A stretch of DNA of 61,791 bases, the filler included, from Choristocarpus tenellus KU-1152 (taxonomy: Eukaryota > Protista > Phaeophyceae): NCBI GenBank assembly GCA_964200185.2. It is 10 parts of 10 records of this genome, joined end to end, with 100 filler letters (N's around TTAATTAATTAA, not from the genome) between each part and the next. Parts side by side here need not be neighbours in the genome. Positions count along the whole stretch, not along the records: positions 18,971 to 28,023 come from CAXNAD020004042.1; positions 28,124 to 44,629 come from CAXNAD020000815.1; 8 more parts are not named here. One strand, 5' to 3'. Shown piece by piece: positions 26,131 through 39,500 of this stretch (within the stretch, counting starts at the first letter, position 1; every line of letters starts with the position of its first letter). The position numbers and the translations under genes are program-made. The notes beneath the pieces were generated by a model. The model made no database searches and had not been told where the DNA came from. It worked only from the letters and a program-made list of their open reading frames with translations.

Positions 26131-28841
26131 GTTAGTGTGGTGTGGGGTGTGGGGTGTGGCGGGTTCTTGTTTGGTGCAGGTGCCAGTTGGGTTTTGTCTC
26201 TTGATGCTGGTAGTATGGGGAACTACTGTGGGGGGTGGAGGTGGTGGGCTTGAGTGTGGGTTTGACGAGTGGTTTTAGTGGGTGCTTGCTGGCCAAAGTA
26301 GGCATGGATAGGACAGGATCGAGGAGGGTAGATGAGGGTCATAAGGTGTCCATATTTTGGTGTGAATGTAATCTGTGTATTTCCTTTACGGCTATTTCAT
26401 GTGGTTATTTGGCTATGTTGCTTTTTTTTAAATTTTGGTATATGGATGGAGGCGTGTGTGCAGAGCGGGAGGGATGTGTACGTATGTTTCTGATGATAAT
26501 TTGGTCGTTGAAAATACCTTGTCTCTTTAAGAATTTGAAGCTCTAGTTTGTTTTGTTATATAGGGTGGGAGATCATTCTTTTGTTCACAACTTTTTCATA
26601 TTGCCTTTATATTTAGTCAGTATTGATTTTTTTATTTGGTCAACAGAGCAATATTTACTTAATATACACTGTTTAAGTTCAATGATTTAGTGTGTACTGG
26701 TACATGTTTGTGAAGGGTAGAGGGCAGGAGAGTGGAGAGGGAGGCCTTGGTGGGTTAAGCGCCTGATGTCTTCCAAATTAAAGCATCTGCAGGAGAGAAA
26801 GGGTGCGAAATATGAACCAGTTGAAAAATAGTGGTCATGTGTGTCAATGTTTTATTCATCTTTTACTTTTTTTATGTACAATGGTGCAATTTTTTTGCAG
26901 TGCTTTTAGTTGTTGTTAGTAGGTTGGTGTCAGATTTAGTGTTGAACGGTCAATTTATTTAAAGTGGTTTGTTGTAGATCTCCGGCTCAAAAGTTATGTT
27001 AGTGCTGGTCTTGTCTCCAAACATGTACTGAAGGTATTCCCCCTCCCCCCCCCCCCCCCCCCCCCCTCTCTTTTTTCCATCCTAAGGGCGTATGTGTGGG
27101 GCGGAAGGGAGGAGTGNNNNNNNNNNTGGTTTGGGGGGTTTGCCCCCCCCCCCCCCCCCCCCCCCCCCGTTCTTGTTGATGTATTGATGATGGGTATCGA
27201 GTCCCAACCATGACTGATACAATATTTGTGGTACAACAAATATTTGTCAAGTTTGATCTTTTTCTGTTTTGATATCGTGCTTCATGTTATACATTGATAT
27301 CACTATCCATATATTGTATCACCCCAAACTGGAGGGACAAACAGGTGAGATATCTTAATGGTGCATTAACCGGGTCAGGTGTGCTACAGCCCCCCACTGC
27401 AAAATGAAACTATAATTGAACATCCCTGAACCACATCGTACCATCACATATCAACACCTTGAAAAGGTACCTTGCTTCATATGATACAATGTGATACATT
27501 ATATCTGCTTAGTCATACGGGTTCGATTTGATACCTGAAGTTGAGATACAACCACAACACTCTGGTCTTCGCCCAATTATCTGATCTCTTGTACCTCCCC
27601 TACCCATGCTATTGATGGCGCCATGGGGCCTTCCTTGCCCAAATCCATCCTGCATCACGAGCATAGGTGGATCACATATCTGTCGTGGACACTTTTGTTC
27701 TAGTAGTGTACCGAGCAAAGGTCAGTTCCTACTTGTATGATGGGAGGAAATGAGTTTGAGGTGTAGAGTTGAAACCCTGTTACAGTTGACCATTGTTGTT
27801 GATTAAATCCCATCCATTTGCACTTCCATAATTCGTACTTCTTGGTACATGCACCAACACCCCCCGCAGACACATGTTTGTCTTTTGAGGCAATGTCCTC
27901 CCCTGTATGTCTTGATCCACGGTCGGGGGGGGGGGGGGGGGGGGGCCTTCCTCCTTTCTATTGCTCTTGGTGGGGGGGGTGCAGGGATCGCGGAAGGACC
28001 CACCCCTTCTCCCCCCTCCCCACNNNNNNNNNNNNNNNNNNNNNNNNNNNNNNNNNNNNNNNNNNNNTTAATTAATTAANNNNNNNNNNNNNNNNNNNNN
28101 NNNNNNNNNNNNNNNNNNNNNNNCTGTGAATTGGATTTGACTTGTACATCCTGGAAAGGTGAGCATTGAGGGGTGCCTGTAACACACACCATAGTGATAT
28201 GAGGGAGGAGTCCTAGCGAGCAAACTAAGAAATGGTAGATGCATGGGAGGATGGGTTGCTGGGTGCATCCCAGCCCTCACTGGGTCGATTCCACCACACA
28301 CTCCTTTGGCTGACTCGATCTAGGCCTGCCACCTACCTGCACTCAGGACCTGGCCAAGACTCCTGAACTTGAAAATAAACTAGGAATGGGTACCTCACAG
28401 ATATCACAAGTGATTGTTTTTTCTACTGGGGTGGAACAAAACGAAAACAGCGCAATAAAACTCCTCAACTTCCAAGATGTCGCTTCAATCCTCGAGTAAT
28501 ATGCACTATAGTAGGCAGACCGTAACAAAACACCTTCGTGATGGAACCAACGTACATGAAGAGAAGAGTGGTGTTTTTAAAGTATTACCAGAACATAATA
28601 ATACGAAGTACTAGGAACTAGCCTTAGCAGCAGCAGCAGCAGCAGTAGTAGTGGTAGTTTTAGGAGTATAATTTGGTTAGTTGCTCCTTGTTTGATTTTT
28701 TCGAGTATATTGGTGTTGGGTGCGCGCGGATTTTTTTAGGCGGTTTCCTACACGAGATTGCACATGCTTGTTACATAACAACACTACCATATATATCTGA
28801 ATACAGCGTGTTAGGCCTGGGAGGGTCCCATGTGGCAAGCA

Positions 28842-30263
28842 ATGCTAAGTTCACTGTCAATTCTACTCATTATGTGGGGATTACCAGCCGCTGCCTTCGT
28901 GGGGCCATCCACTTATGCCGGGCGAGGGCTGGTCGATAGGGGGGATCGGTCATTAGGCGCCCAATCCAAGCGTTTCTCGAATGGGGGCAGGACTCTTGGG
29001 TCGCAGGAACGGAGGGCGTCAAGGCGAAGCATTGGTGAAAAAATTCTTAAGGCGGGCCTCGACTTTCTGCCGTTGCGTCCCGATGATGTAGGTGACTGGA
29101 TGGAGACTGCCATACAGTTCCAAGGACTTAGTGCTCGGAATCACTTGCAGAGCGGGTTTATTGGGGGCACAGTCGGGGTCATCGGGACGCTAATGGCAAT
29201 TCAGGTACGCTTGGAGATAGAAGAGAATGCCGAAAATTTCTTTGGCGAACAGGGACAGTTTTGCCTCATTGGCAGGATACCACAAACTTCTAACCCATGA
29301 TCTCGAGGGTTAACAAATCTCACGTGGGGGTATTGAGACCTATTGCTATGTGTGGATGTCGGATAAAGTGACAGATGGAATTATGCATCTCGTCTAGGGG
29401 AAAACTGTAATGGTGTTGCTCTTGAAGAAAATTGTCGAGCATCATCACACACAATTCAGTTGGAAGTTGCAATCGTAAACTCATGGGCCTACAGTAGTTG
29501 AACCCACAGACCCGAGGCCCATTGCCATATAATCTAGGGTAGTTCAGCGATCGGAATGTGACAAGGGCTCACGATCAGGGTGTTAATTCAAAGAATCGTG
29601 CAGTATGCCAAGGAAAGAAGGGAACAGAAAAGTGAGCCTGATCGATTTTGTAGGTGAATAGCCCATAGCAAACCTCTCTCTGTGCTTGTTAATATTCTCC
29701 AGTTGGTCTTGAACAATACTCTCCCCAATACTGCAGTTAAGGAACCAATGACTTGCAACTTCATCTGAGATGATACCTCAACGCTACCCTCATCCTGTGC
29801 CCCACTTCTTTTCCCTACTTGTACTACTTTGCATCTATGCCCCCCTCTAGCACAAAACTTACACCAGCCACGAACTCACAGCCTCCCAAGCATGGTTTCA
29901 CTTTTTCTTTTCTCACAGCTGACATTCAAAATTATGCTTTTGTCGCCCTCGTACCCTTCACCCTGCTCCACTCCTCAGGTAAAGGTATCTGAGGTCAAGG
30001 AGCTAACAGAGTGCCCCTACTGTCGCTCTTCGGGACAGTTGCCGTGTGGCACGTGCTTTGGGGCGGGGAGTGTGAGGGTTGCACAGCAGGCAGGGCCAAA
30101 CACTGCTCCTGATCTGGTGTCTGTGACCTGCCCTGAGTGCAATGGTAAGACCTATATCACTTGCATAAATTGCAAAGGAGATGGTCGGGCAGTTCCCAAC
30201 TTTCTCAACAAGAAGGTCTCGCGGGACCCAGAGAGTGAGATCGAGGATGTTGGTTATGGGTAG
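28842..30263 (+). CDS. Plastid-targeted Orange (OR)-like DnaJ-type zinc-finger protein, 215 aa
   Basis: Exons 28842-29204 and 29979-30263. Leader MLSSLSILLIMWGLPAAA-FVG; TM segment GGTVGVIGTLMAI (cf. OR GGAVGVISALM); four CxxC(xGxG)-type units: CPYC, CGTC, CPEC, CINC. Confidence 0.8.
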
Positions 30264-31764
30264 TTTGGTCGCCCTGCTGCCAGAAATATATTATTAGTGG
30301 GGAAGCAGGCAAGGGGGAGGATGTGAACATCTGGACCACTAGGTATCAAGACATTTTTACACGGAGGTAGGCATTTGGAATTCCCTGACTATGAATTACA
30401 TGCTGGTATCATCTACAAGGCTAGAAGTTGTTAGCTCAGCTTGCACAAATAGCCCTCTAAGTTTTCAAGGTCAGTGCTTTCAGGACACGTAAATATTCCT
30501 TTGCTGGGCATGTTTTCTGGTACATGCATTATGTGTGCTACCAAGGCACCACCTGCCCCACCCCTGCAAGGTGTACAGCACCTCCAGTGAATGAATCAGG
30601 AGAGGTTGCAAGAATGAGAGATGTTGGTGCTTCAGATGTGCCTCCTTAGGTTACGTTATTTTTACACCAAGTTGCGTACATTTATACACACACACATAGC
30701 ATGCAACTTGGAGGAAAGGCCGGGGGGGGGGCATTTTTTGCTTGCTCAGAGGTATATTGATGGCAGCTTGATTTCTGGGTTGTTGGGTGCTATGGGAGAT
30801 GGATAGAAGGACAAGGGGTCACTATAATGATATTTTGTTCCTCTAAAGTTTGGAAGCAACAGCCTCATGTGCGATCCAGGCATGAAGTACATACAACCTT
30901 TTGCTTGTGGAGGGATCAACTGAGTGGAGGCTCTCTACCAAGGAATGAGGAAAAGGTGGTAAAAGGATTTATAAAAAATGAAAATAGAAGTAACTGCACC
31001 GTTTTTATACGAAGCAAATCAGAGAATTGTTCAGCAACTCCCCAACAGTGGTAGCACAATCTTGCCCTGATCCTCCCTATAGTCGCGATCGGATCTTTTG
31101 GTGTACCTACTGTGGAATGAAGGCAGTAGTCTGGACCCAATTTGTGTTTTGCTCAAACAGATTTCCTCACTTGTTCCAGTGGTTCCTACTTGAGTGCAGG
31201 CTCTATTTGTTTGACGACACGAAACATTCATCCACTGAGTTGCCAGTTCTTGTTTTGTACATTGGCTAAGAGGAAGAAACCGGTTAAAGCGCCAGGGAAA
31301 GAGAAAAAAAAACTCAAGTAATGTGGATCGCCTAGCACCCCAGAATATTTTCGTGTTTTGCCATCACAGTTCAGGCACTTGAGAAGGGCCGTTGCTGTTT
31401 TTTTACTAGGTTTTTGTTACCTTCACTTTTTTAGTCTAGGGCCTGGCCTATAGTCAGAGGCTCAACACAGTGCTCTGATTTTTGTACTGAATGCTGTAGG
31501 TAACTGCTGCAGTATGACTTTATGGTACTGCCTCTGTGCATGCCTTATCATGTGTTGGGTTCAGTCATCCCACTGGTCTTCAATCTGCCTCATCCCTGAA
31601 TTCTTGTGCTGCACTCACCTTGATGTTGGTATGCAGTAAGCCCTTCTCACCTCATTGCTTGTATGTTGTTTCGTGGTATGGCAACAGTTATGCTAGTACA
31701 GTCTTTAGTTTGTGCCTTGTAGACTACAGGTAGTAAAAAACCTCATACCTCCATTAAAAGAGTC

Positions 31765-31832
31765 TAGTGTCGATGGGGTTCGAACCCACAAAATTCATTT
31801 AGGGGACAGCCTCTATTGAGCACTGAGCCATG
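31765..31832 (-). other. tRNA-derived Pol III promoter-like fragment (possible SINE head)
   Basis: The minus strand has an A-box-like TGGCTCAGTG and a B-box GGGTTCGAACCC. No complete cloverleaf. Confidence 0.4.
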
Positions 31833-33130
31833 TTTGTACTGGTTTTATTGGTCACGGGAAAAATGCTTTGCCTCATGAACACCATGCGTTTTGTCAACAT
31901 TCATGGTTCAACTTGTGGAGAGGGGAGGGTGTACCCAACAAACAAAGCACTGTAAGAAGTAACATTAAATTCCTCTTTGGCATCCTGACAATCTCGCTCA
32001 CTGCAGTACGGACTTGCTTACAGCATTTGAAGCACTATTAAGTAGTATAATTATAGTGCATGCTTTTCCAAAAAAATATGCCTGTATTTGTACATACATC
32101 AGACACCTAAAGTACTACCAGGAAAAAAAAAAGGTGAAGCATTCCTAATATCACATCTCAAGCATCAACAACAATCACACTTTGAATGTTATTTTGTGAA
32201 AAACAGCCCTAGTTCCATCAAAAATTGAGTTACATGTGCATGCTGACACTTGGCACCTGTTCAGTTTCTCTGGAGTTTAAAGAGAGTCATGTGATGCTTG
32301 TCCCCAGCACTTTAGTGCCCCTGCTTCCTTCAGGGGAGATATGAGATATGAACTTCATTTTCATGATCATTGGGGTTGTGTAAAGCTAGGTGTGAGATTG
32401 ATCAAGCACTTGAACATGAGGTACTGCAATGTGCGAAGGCAAGCTGAACCAAATCAGTCACTTCTTTAAAAAAAAATCAGTCTATGCTACAGGATCTGAT
32501 CTGATCAAATTTTGGAAAGTAAAAAAACACACACACAACTGCAAAATCAACTACAAAATTACTGTCCGTTGATGTTGCCAACCGAAAGTCAACAGGCAGC
32601 ACACAGCAAGACCAAATGCTGTACAATGTCTCCCCTTCTGTTGGAACTATCACACATTGAAAGGCAAAAGAGTCCCAAAAAGTCTGCCCAGTTCAGCAAG
32701 TCAACAATACACATGTCATGCATAAACACAAGCATCTCACTCATACCAAGAGCCAGCACTTCCACCTCTACAGGAGATGGAGAGTAGGGCATGCCCAGTG
32801 AACAGAGGCAACACAGCACAAAAATGGATTTCTGCATATGACAGATGTGCAAAAAAAAATTGCTTTGCCATCATATCTCCAACCCCTCGAAATGTTCAAT
32901 CAGTTGGTCGGGGATCACCAAAGCACCACCCAATCAATTAGCTAGGTGGGTAGGGCATGCACACTGACAACAGACTATCACATGTCACCTTAGATGACAT
33001 CAAACCAGTCAGTCACACACATACCTTTGCCTTGTATCAGACCAAACCTCAGCAAAGATGTACATGTGAAAAACAAGACCACACTGGGAAACAGCAAAGT
33101 CAACATATCAATAGACATGCTCCTCTGCAA

Positions 33131-36100
33131 CTAATTAGACAACAGTGGCTCCTCCCGAGGCGATTTACCAGGGTGACGATAGTCAATGTCCATCACTGCA
33201 AAGGTTGCCAGCATGCATGTCACAATGATCACAATCCCAAGGCCATTGCTAAGGCGGCAGCCTGAATAGATGTCCGAGTAGTTGGATGCCGGGTTGTAAT
33301 CGGGTTCTGTGAGAGTTATAGAGTAACCACACCCCAGCATGGAATTCTTGTCTTGGATTCCAAGGACTGCGGTAAAGGCAGCGGCAAAGTAAGTGAAGAT
33401 ACCGATGAAAACATGCCTTGGCATATATGCCTCTTTCACCTGAAACCCACATAGCCAACCACACAAATGGGGGGGGGGAGGTCCCAGAGAGAGTAAGGGA
33501 TGGTACTGATATGCGTATTGAGTTAAGACAAACTGTGGGATGTTGTGCCAGGGGACTGACCTCTCCTTTCTGAAACAGGAGGTACACTTGTTTGTTCAAC
33601 TGGGCAAGTTCAACTCTACATGAAGGTTGATGGCATGATTCTTTTTGCCAGGTGTGCTCCACAGGGGCACAGACAATCACAGCCAAAACTTCCAGTTCAT
33701 CCACCTTCTTGTAGAGGGTTCAGTAATACAACTTGAAATGATTCGGCACCAGCAGTTTGAAGTTGGAATCACCACTTAACAAAATATACAATGAGACCCG
33801 CACTGATTCCCAATTACTTCCTCATTACCAGTGACCAATGTTCCTGCCCTTCACCCCCCTCTCCCCCAATGCAAAAAATAAGAACTTATGGCTCACCCTT
33901 TGGGGGGAAGCACCCAAGAAGTAGTTGGTAAAGCCACCAAAGTAGTTTGCGAAGAAGAGGGTCACAACCACAATTCCTGCCCAGCTGTGCATGGTGTATA
34001 GGTTGGGAAACAGGTAGTCATTGTGGAACTGCAAAGGGAAAAAAAGGACAGTATACCAACGATCCAGTCCCACAGACAACCATAATCACTTGTCATTCAT
34101 TTGTTCATCCAGAAGGGGAATTTAATTGCTGTAACGAAGCACTCAGGGGAAGGGTGGGAAGGAAATGTGGCCGGAGGTAGCAGTCATGCAGCAATGAAGG
34201 CGTGGGGAGGGGGGACTGTCACTCAAGGATAAATACACTTCATCAAGATGGTCTCACAACAAAATCAGAACGGATTGCCTCTACCTGCCTCTCAGGTTCC
34301 TTTCCATGGTTCCCAGAAAAAACTAAATGCACAGGTGATGATGAGCAGAGCATGCTATCTAGTTACAGACAAACAACGAGAATGAAATACTGGCATATTG
34401 AGAAGCTAATGTCTACACCCCTGGGGCAGTAGTTGTCGCTGCCCTGGTGGATAAGCAGTGATTTCTCAAATATTTGACCAAATCGGAGATCATGGGTTGT
34501 AGGTTCAAATCCTGGCTTGATCTCCTTCCTGAATCTCAACAGTGGGAAGATGTTATAAATTGTGAGGGGGGAGTTCTGGTCACGGGGTTGGGAGAGTACA
34601 AAATTAGTGGGGTAATGGGCCATGGATAAAAAAAAGCCAGGTAGGACCGCAGCCTCTGATTTTGTCAAATATTTGACGCAATCAATGGAGAGTGTATGCT
34701 TGTGATGGGGTTAAGAGCAAAAGGAGGTTCTTCTTTGCATGAAGAAGAACCGTGTCCATATTTATATATATATATATGTAATATTGCACTTCTTGAAAAT
34801 ATTGAAGTACTTGGACTCGTTGCTGTGCACTAACACTCCTCATCACAGGAGAGCTCAAAAGGATGGAAAATATTGCCATCCGACATACAGCATTAGCCAC
34901 AAGTTAAGGGTTATGGCTACGGTCCCAACATTGAAGAATCAAGATATTCTAAGTTCAATCATTAATGATTGAGATCAGAGTTGAACCATCCACGGAGCAA
35001 TCTTCCAGCGGCAGCTAGAATCCATCCATCGACAAACATTGAGAAGGCCAACGTTTAGGGTCGTTTAGTGGCACATAACAACAATACTACACAAAATAAC
35101 TTGAAGTTTAGGAGAAAGCAAGAGGGCAAGACTCCACTGAGAATGACTTTTATGAAAGAAGATTCCCCAATAGTTTGTTTTAGTGGGGAAGGAAAAAATG
35201 TAATGTTCATAAATCGTTATGATCTCAACGACAAAAATACTACATAAGCAATAACTTGCAAAGGAGTGAGGGATGGGGGAGGAGCGGAGGCTGGAAGGAA
35301 GCTCGTAAGCAAGAAGAGTGGTATGCCAAAGTGTAGTTGCATCCTCTATGCCGTTTCTCCTACTCTTACCTCGAACACCGCGCTAAGACCAAGGGCAATA
35401 AATATGCAGGCCAGGAACATGCACGCTCCGTGTATCTTTTTGTTGGTTCTCTTTCCCAACGCAAGCGTGCGGTAGGCGAGAAATCCTGACGCATGTGGGT
35501 CACAAGTCACGAGGTATTGTGATTGGCGTAGAAATGGAGTAGTTCCATAATTGTGTGACCTGCATCTAATTCCGATTACACATGCTGTAGATCATATCAC
35601 ATAGTAGGGAGATGTATGCTATGGAACGTCCAAAGGATCTGTCGTAACTGTGGATCTAAAAACCGCGTTGTGACTCCTGATGAAATAACTGAGAAGGAGT
35701 TACCACGATTTCTTTTTCATGCCACTTTGTTCTCTACGCACACGGGAGTACAATACCTTGGGTATACGCCGTCACCATCCCAGCAACCATGAGGACTGGG
35801 TGCCAGTTGAACAAGCCAGTACCGCTCAGACCCAGCCCGCCTGCGGACACGTACCCGAGGAAAATTTGTCCGATGATCGATGTGGTGGTTGACATTCCCG
35901 CAATAGAGAATTTGGTGGGGGTCGGGGAAGGAGTACAGGGGGGGAAAGTACGAACAGGAGTAAGGAGTTGGGTTGATGATATCTGTGGGTAAGAGATCTC
36001 ATCACAGAAAAAGTATGACCATCAAGCAATGACCGAGGTGAAGTTCATGTTTTGCACAACACTACAAACGAGTGCAGTGAGTAAGTTTGCACACTACCTA

Positions 36101-36239
36101 GGAAATATGAGTCGTTCTGATTGGCGAGAGCCCAGGTAAAGACCATAATGAGGGCGACAAAGGAGAAGATGTGTGCCAGCCACAGGCTCCAGGTTTGGAG
36201 ACGAGTTATTGGCTTTCTTGGAGGGGGTGAGGGTATCAT
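33131..36239 (-). CDS. Cytochrome b561 (transmembrane ascorbate ferrireductase family), ~260 aa
   Basis: Exons 36239-36098, 35840-35757, 35485-35370, 34028-33897 and 33439-33131. The four heme His are present in FNWHPVLM, KKIHG, NLYTMHSWAG and MPRHVFIG. Confidence 0.92.
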
Positions 36240-36584
36240 AGTGATGACAAAGATCCCGTCAGGCAACTAGATCGGGACCCCTACCGCAGAACCGTACACA
36301 ACACGGATGAATTTGCAACAGCCTGGAAGAGATGTACTGCCAAATCCTCAAATATATACAGTAGAGTTCTATGGGTTAGGTGAATTAATTTGGGTTGTGG
36401 TTGTGGACAAACTAGTAACCTTTTGATTGGTGGAGAGTTTCATATCGGATGTAAATTCATACCGATGCAAGTTTGTTGACATTTGTATTGTTGTGTTGTT
36501 GGCGGTTGCGCGTTCAGGTGTCCACTCTTATGTCCAGATTTGTTCGACACAGGCAACCTCGTGAGGGTGGGATGTAGAGTAGCA

Positions 36585-39500
36585 ATGGAGGGGGCAGAGG
36601 GTATCCGTACCAAACTAGAGGAGTTCCGCGCAGCCGCGAGGTCTTGTGGTAAGAGAGGTGGGACGGTGGAAGCTCGCGTACGTGAGAACGAAGATAGGAC
36701 TAAACTCCACGCGAAGCTGGACGCACTTCGTTCAGAGCTCGTGCATCGTCGGGTTGATGGGGGGGATGGTTTAGCCATCAGTAATGAATGTATCCCTGGG
36801 GAGCTTGAGGTATGCCAATTCGAAGGTTTTATTTATTGTCCATTGTGTTGTTCTATCCTGTTCCGCATCAAAGCTTCAAACCTAATGAGATCGCCTCTTC
36901 CTAGCTTTCACGCCTGAGGGTCGCCAAGATACAGTGTTGGCATATCTAGTTTGGATATTTAATATCAAAATTCCTACCAAGGTGTGGCATACCAGCGTGG
37001 GCGGCGTGAATCCCACCCCCCTCTCCCTGTTCCCGACTGAACCCAGGAGGTGGAGGCCCTGCTGGCGACACTGGCTCTTCAACCTGTGCAAACTATGCCC
37101 TCCTGGTTCTTCGCAATTGTCGACGTCCTCTTTAGAGCACCGACCGTATATATGTACCTGGTGTTCTTAGGCGAGTTGACAGCTTCTTCTGGTGATCGAT
37201 TGCATCATCCCTAGACTTTCCTCTATTTGCGCTTGAGCTCTTGAACTATAAAATCGGACTGTACGAAGCAGGTTATGTCCACTCAGAACGGGAAAGTAGT
37301 ACAGGCATACTCGAGGGACCATAACTTATAATCGGAACGCTCTAATTTCTTCCCTGTCTACCGTCCTTTTTGTCTCATGGCATGGACATTGAAATCGTCC
37401 ATCGGTACTTAGGTGTGGTTGTTTCTGTCCCACTTCTCCTGTTGACGGTGCTTGAGCAGCAATTCCCCCTTCTGTGGGGCCAATGGAGCTGGGTGACTAG
37501 TAAAGAAGTTAAACCACCAGTAGCAGGACAGCATCTCTCTACGTTAGTCAAGAGGGCAGTGAGTAGTTGGATGCTGCTTCTCATGGGGGTTTCACTGCGT
37601 GTGGAGGGCCTGGAAGATGCATGTCTTTCTCGTCCTGGGCTGCTCTTCTTCTCCCATACCAGCACCATGGATGCCATGATTGTGCTTGCCGCATTTCCAC
37701 GGGCGTTCTGTGCTGTGGTCAAGGCAAGGAGAGCCGAATCATTCGGGTTTTTAGGGATTGTAATGGGAAAATTTTGAAAAAATCAGATATCCTCTCTATG
37801 GGCCTGTATGTAGACTTGTTAAGGAAGATGCCAATGATTTTATACCCTTAATGTAATTGGAGGTGGTGCTGAATTGATGGTATCTAGTGAGAATGAGTTA
37901 CTGAGTTTACCTGTCACTCAAACATGATCTTGTATTGCTTTGTTCTTCCCTCCTCTACCCTCCCCACCCCTAGTGTGGCATACCCTACTTTGTGGAGGTA
38001 GAGTGAATATGTCAATCTAACGCCACATGTATGGAGGGATAGTGTTGTTGATCTACTTCTTCCAACTCCACCCTTTCAACCCTCTCTTTTCCCCAATACT
38101 GTCCATATTGTTGTGAATTTAGGAGGAATTGCTGATGGTACCTCTTATTGGCTGGATTGTTGCTTCTCATGGGGGAGTACCAATCAACCGCCGGAACCGA
38201 GCCTCGGCTGTTCAGGTATTCCCAAGCATGTTGTCCTCCAAGCACATGCTTGGTCCTTGCATACATGTTTCAAAGGATGAAGATGGTATCTTTTGAGCAG
38301 ATGCGATTCTTAGTACACTGGAAAGAATGGACTACCATGAAGCCACTATTTGCATAGTTCATGTGACAAACCCGTTTTGTTTGGTGTGCTTCCACTTGTA
38401 TCTGTAGAGCTACCCCTTTTTTTTTCATGTCCTCTCAAGACCTGTTTTGGTGGAACCTCTTTACAGTCACAATTGGACATGAAATGTAAATTTCAGTGCA
38501 GCAAAATTTCTTGTACTACAGGCGAAGTAAGTAGACTAGATGGCCAGAAGATTTTCGGCAGGATCTTGTTTGTCCCTCCCTCCCAAATATCACCACAATT
38601 ATGTCCATTTTGCACGTATGTTAACAGGCACTGGCAGAAACAGCTGAACAAGCCCGGCAGCTAGGTCTGTTTGTGGCAGTTGCCCCAGAAGGGACGAGGT
38701 CCAAGACTGGCCAACTAGGACATTTTAAGAAGGTGTGTCACAGAACTATACAGCCCAGGGAAGGCATGATTGGTGATGATGAAGAGGTTGTGTGCATGGC
38801 GTTGCAGTAGTAGGGTACAGTCAAGACTGTGAATAGAGACAGTGTAAGGAAATGGGCATCAATGAATTGAGAGTATGTTTGGAGATTACTGGGGATCTGA
38901 TATCTATGGTTGTTCAGTTTGGTATTATGTTTGGTGGCAATAGGGAAGCATGTGTAAACTTATTCTCATGTAGGGGGGCTGGAGGTTGGCGTTGGAACTT
39001 TTTTGTGTGTATGTTATGTGTTAATGTTGGTTCTCCTCCCCGCTCTCCCTCTCTCCCTTGCCATCACTACTTTTCAGGGCGGGTTGCATATGCAGGAGCA
39101 GCTGCAGTGGCCTATCATCCCAGTTACAATCCGAGGAGCATTTGAACTTATGCCTCCCAAGTGGTGGGGAAACCTCACCGGAAATGTAAGTTACCCTCTA
39201 CCCCCCCTCCCCTATTTGCCACTCCCTACTACCTAGCCTTTTTCTGGTGTCGAGGGCTGAATACTCTCCCTTGCCATCCTATCCCTTAAATTGGCACTGA
39301 GATATGTGAGGTTTGTCTTCCTCAGCCGTGCTCTACCAAGCAATCGAACAATTAGCCTTCTTGGTGGTTGCAAGGCACGTTGCTTACTTCAGTTGCCTTG
39401 TTTTGTTGGGTTTTGGTTCATCTGCAACACATCATGTGCACACATACACATACGCTACCATCCGCCCCACTGCAAGGGAACCTTTGTGAGTTCGGGTGCA

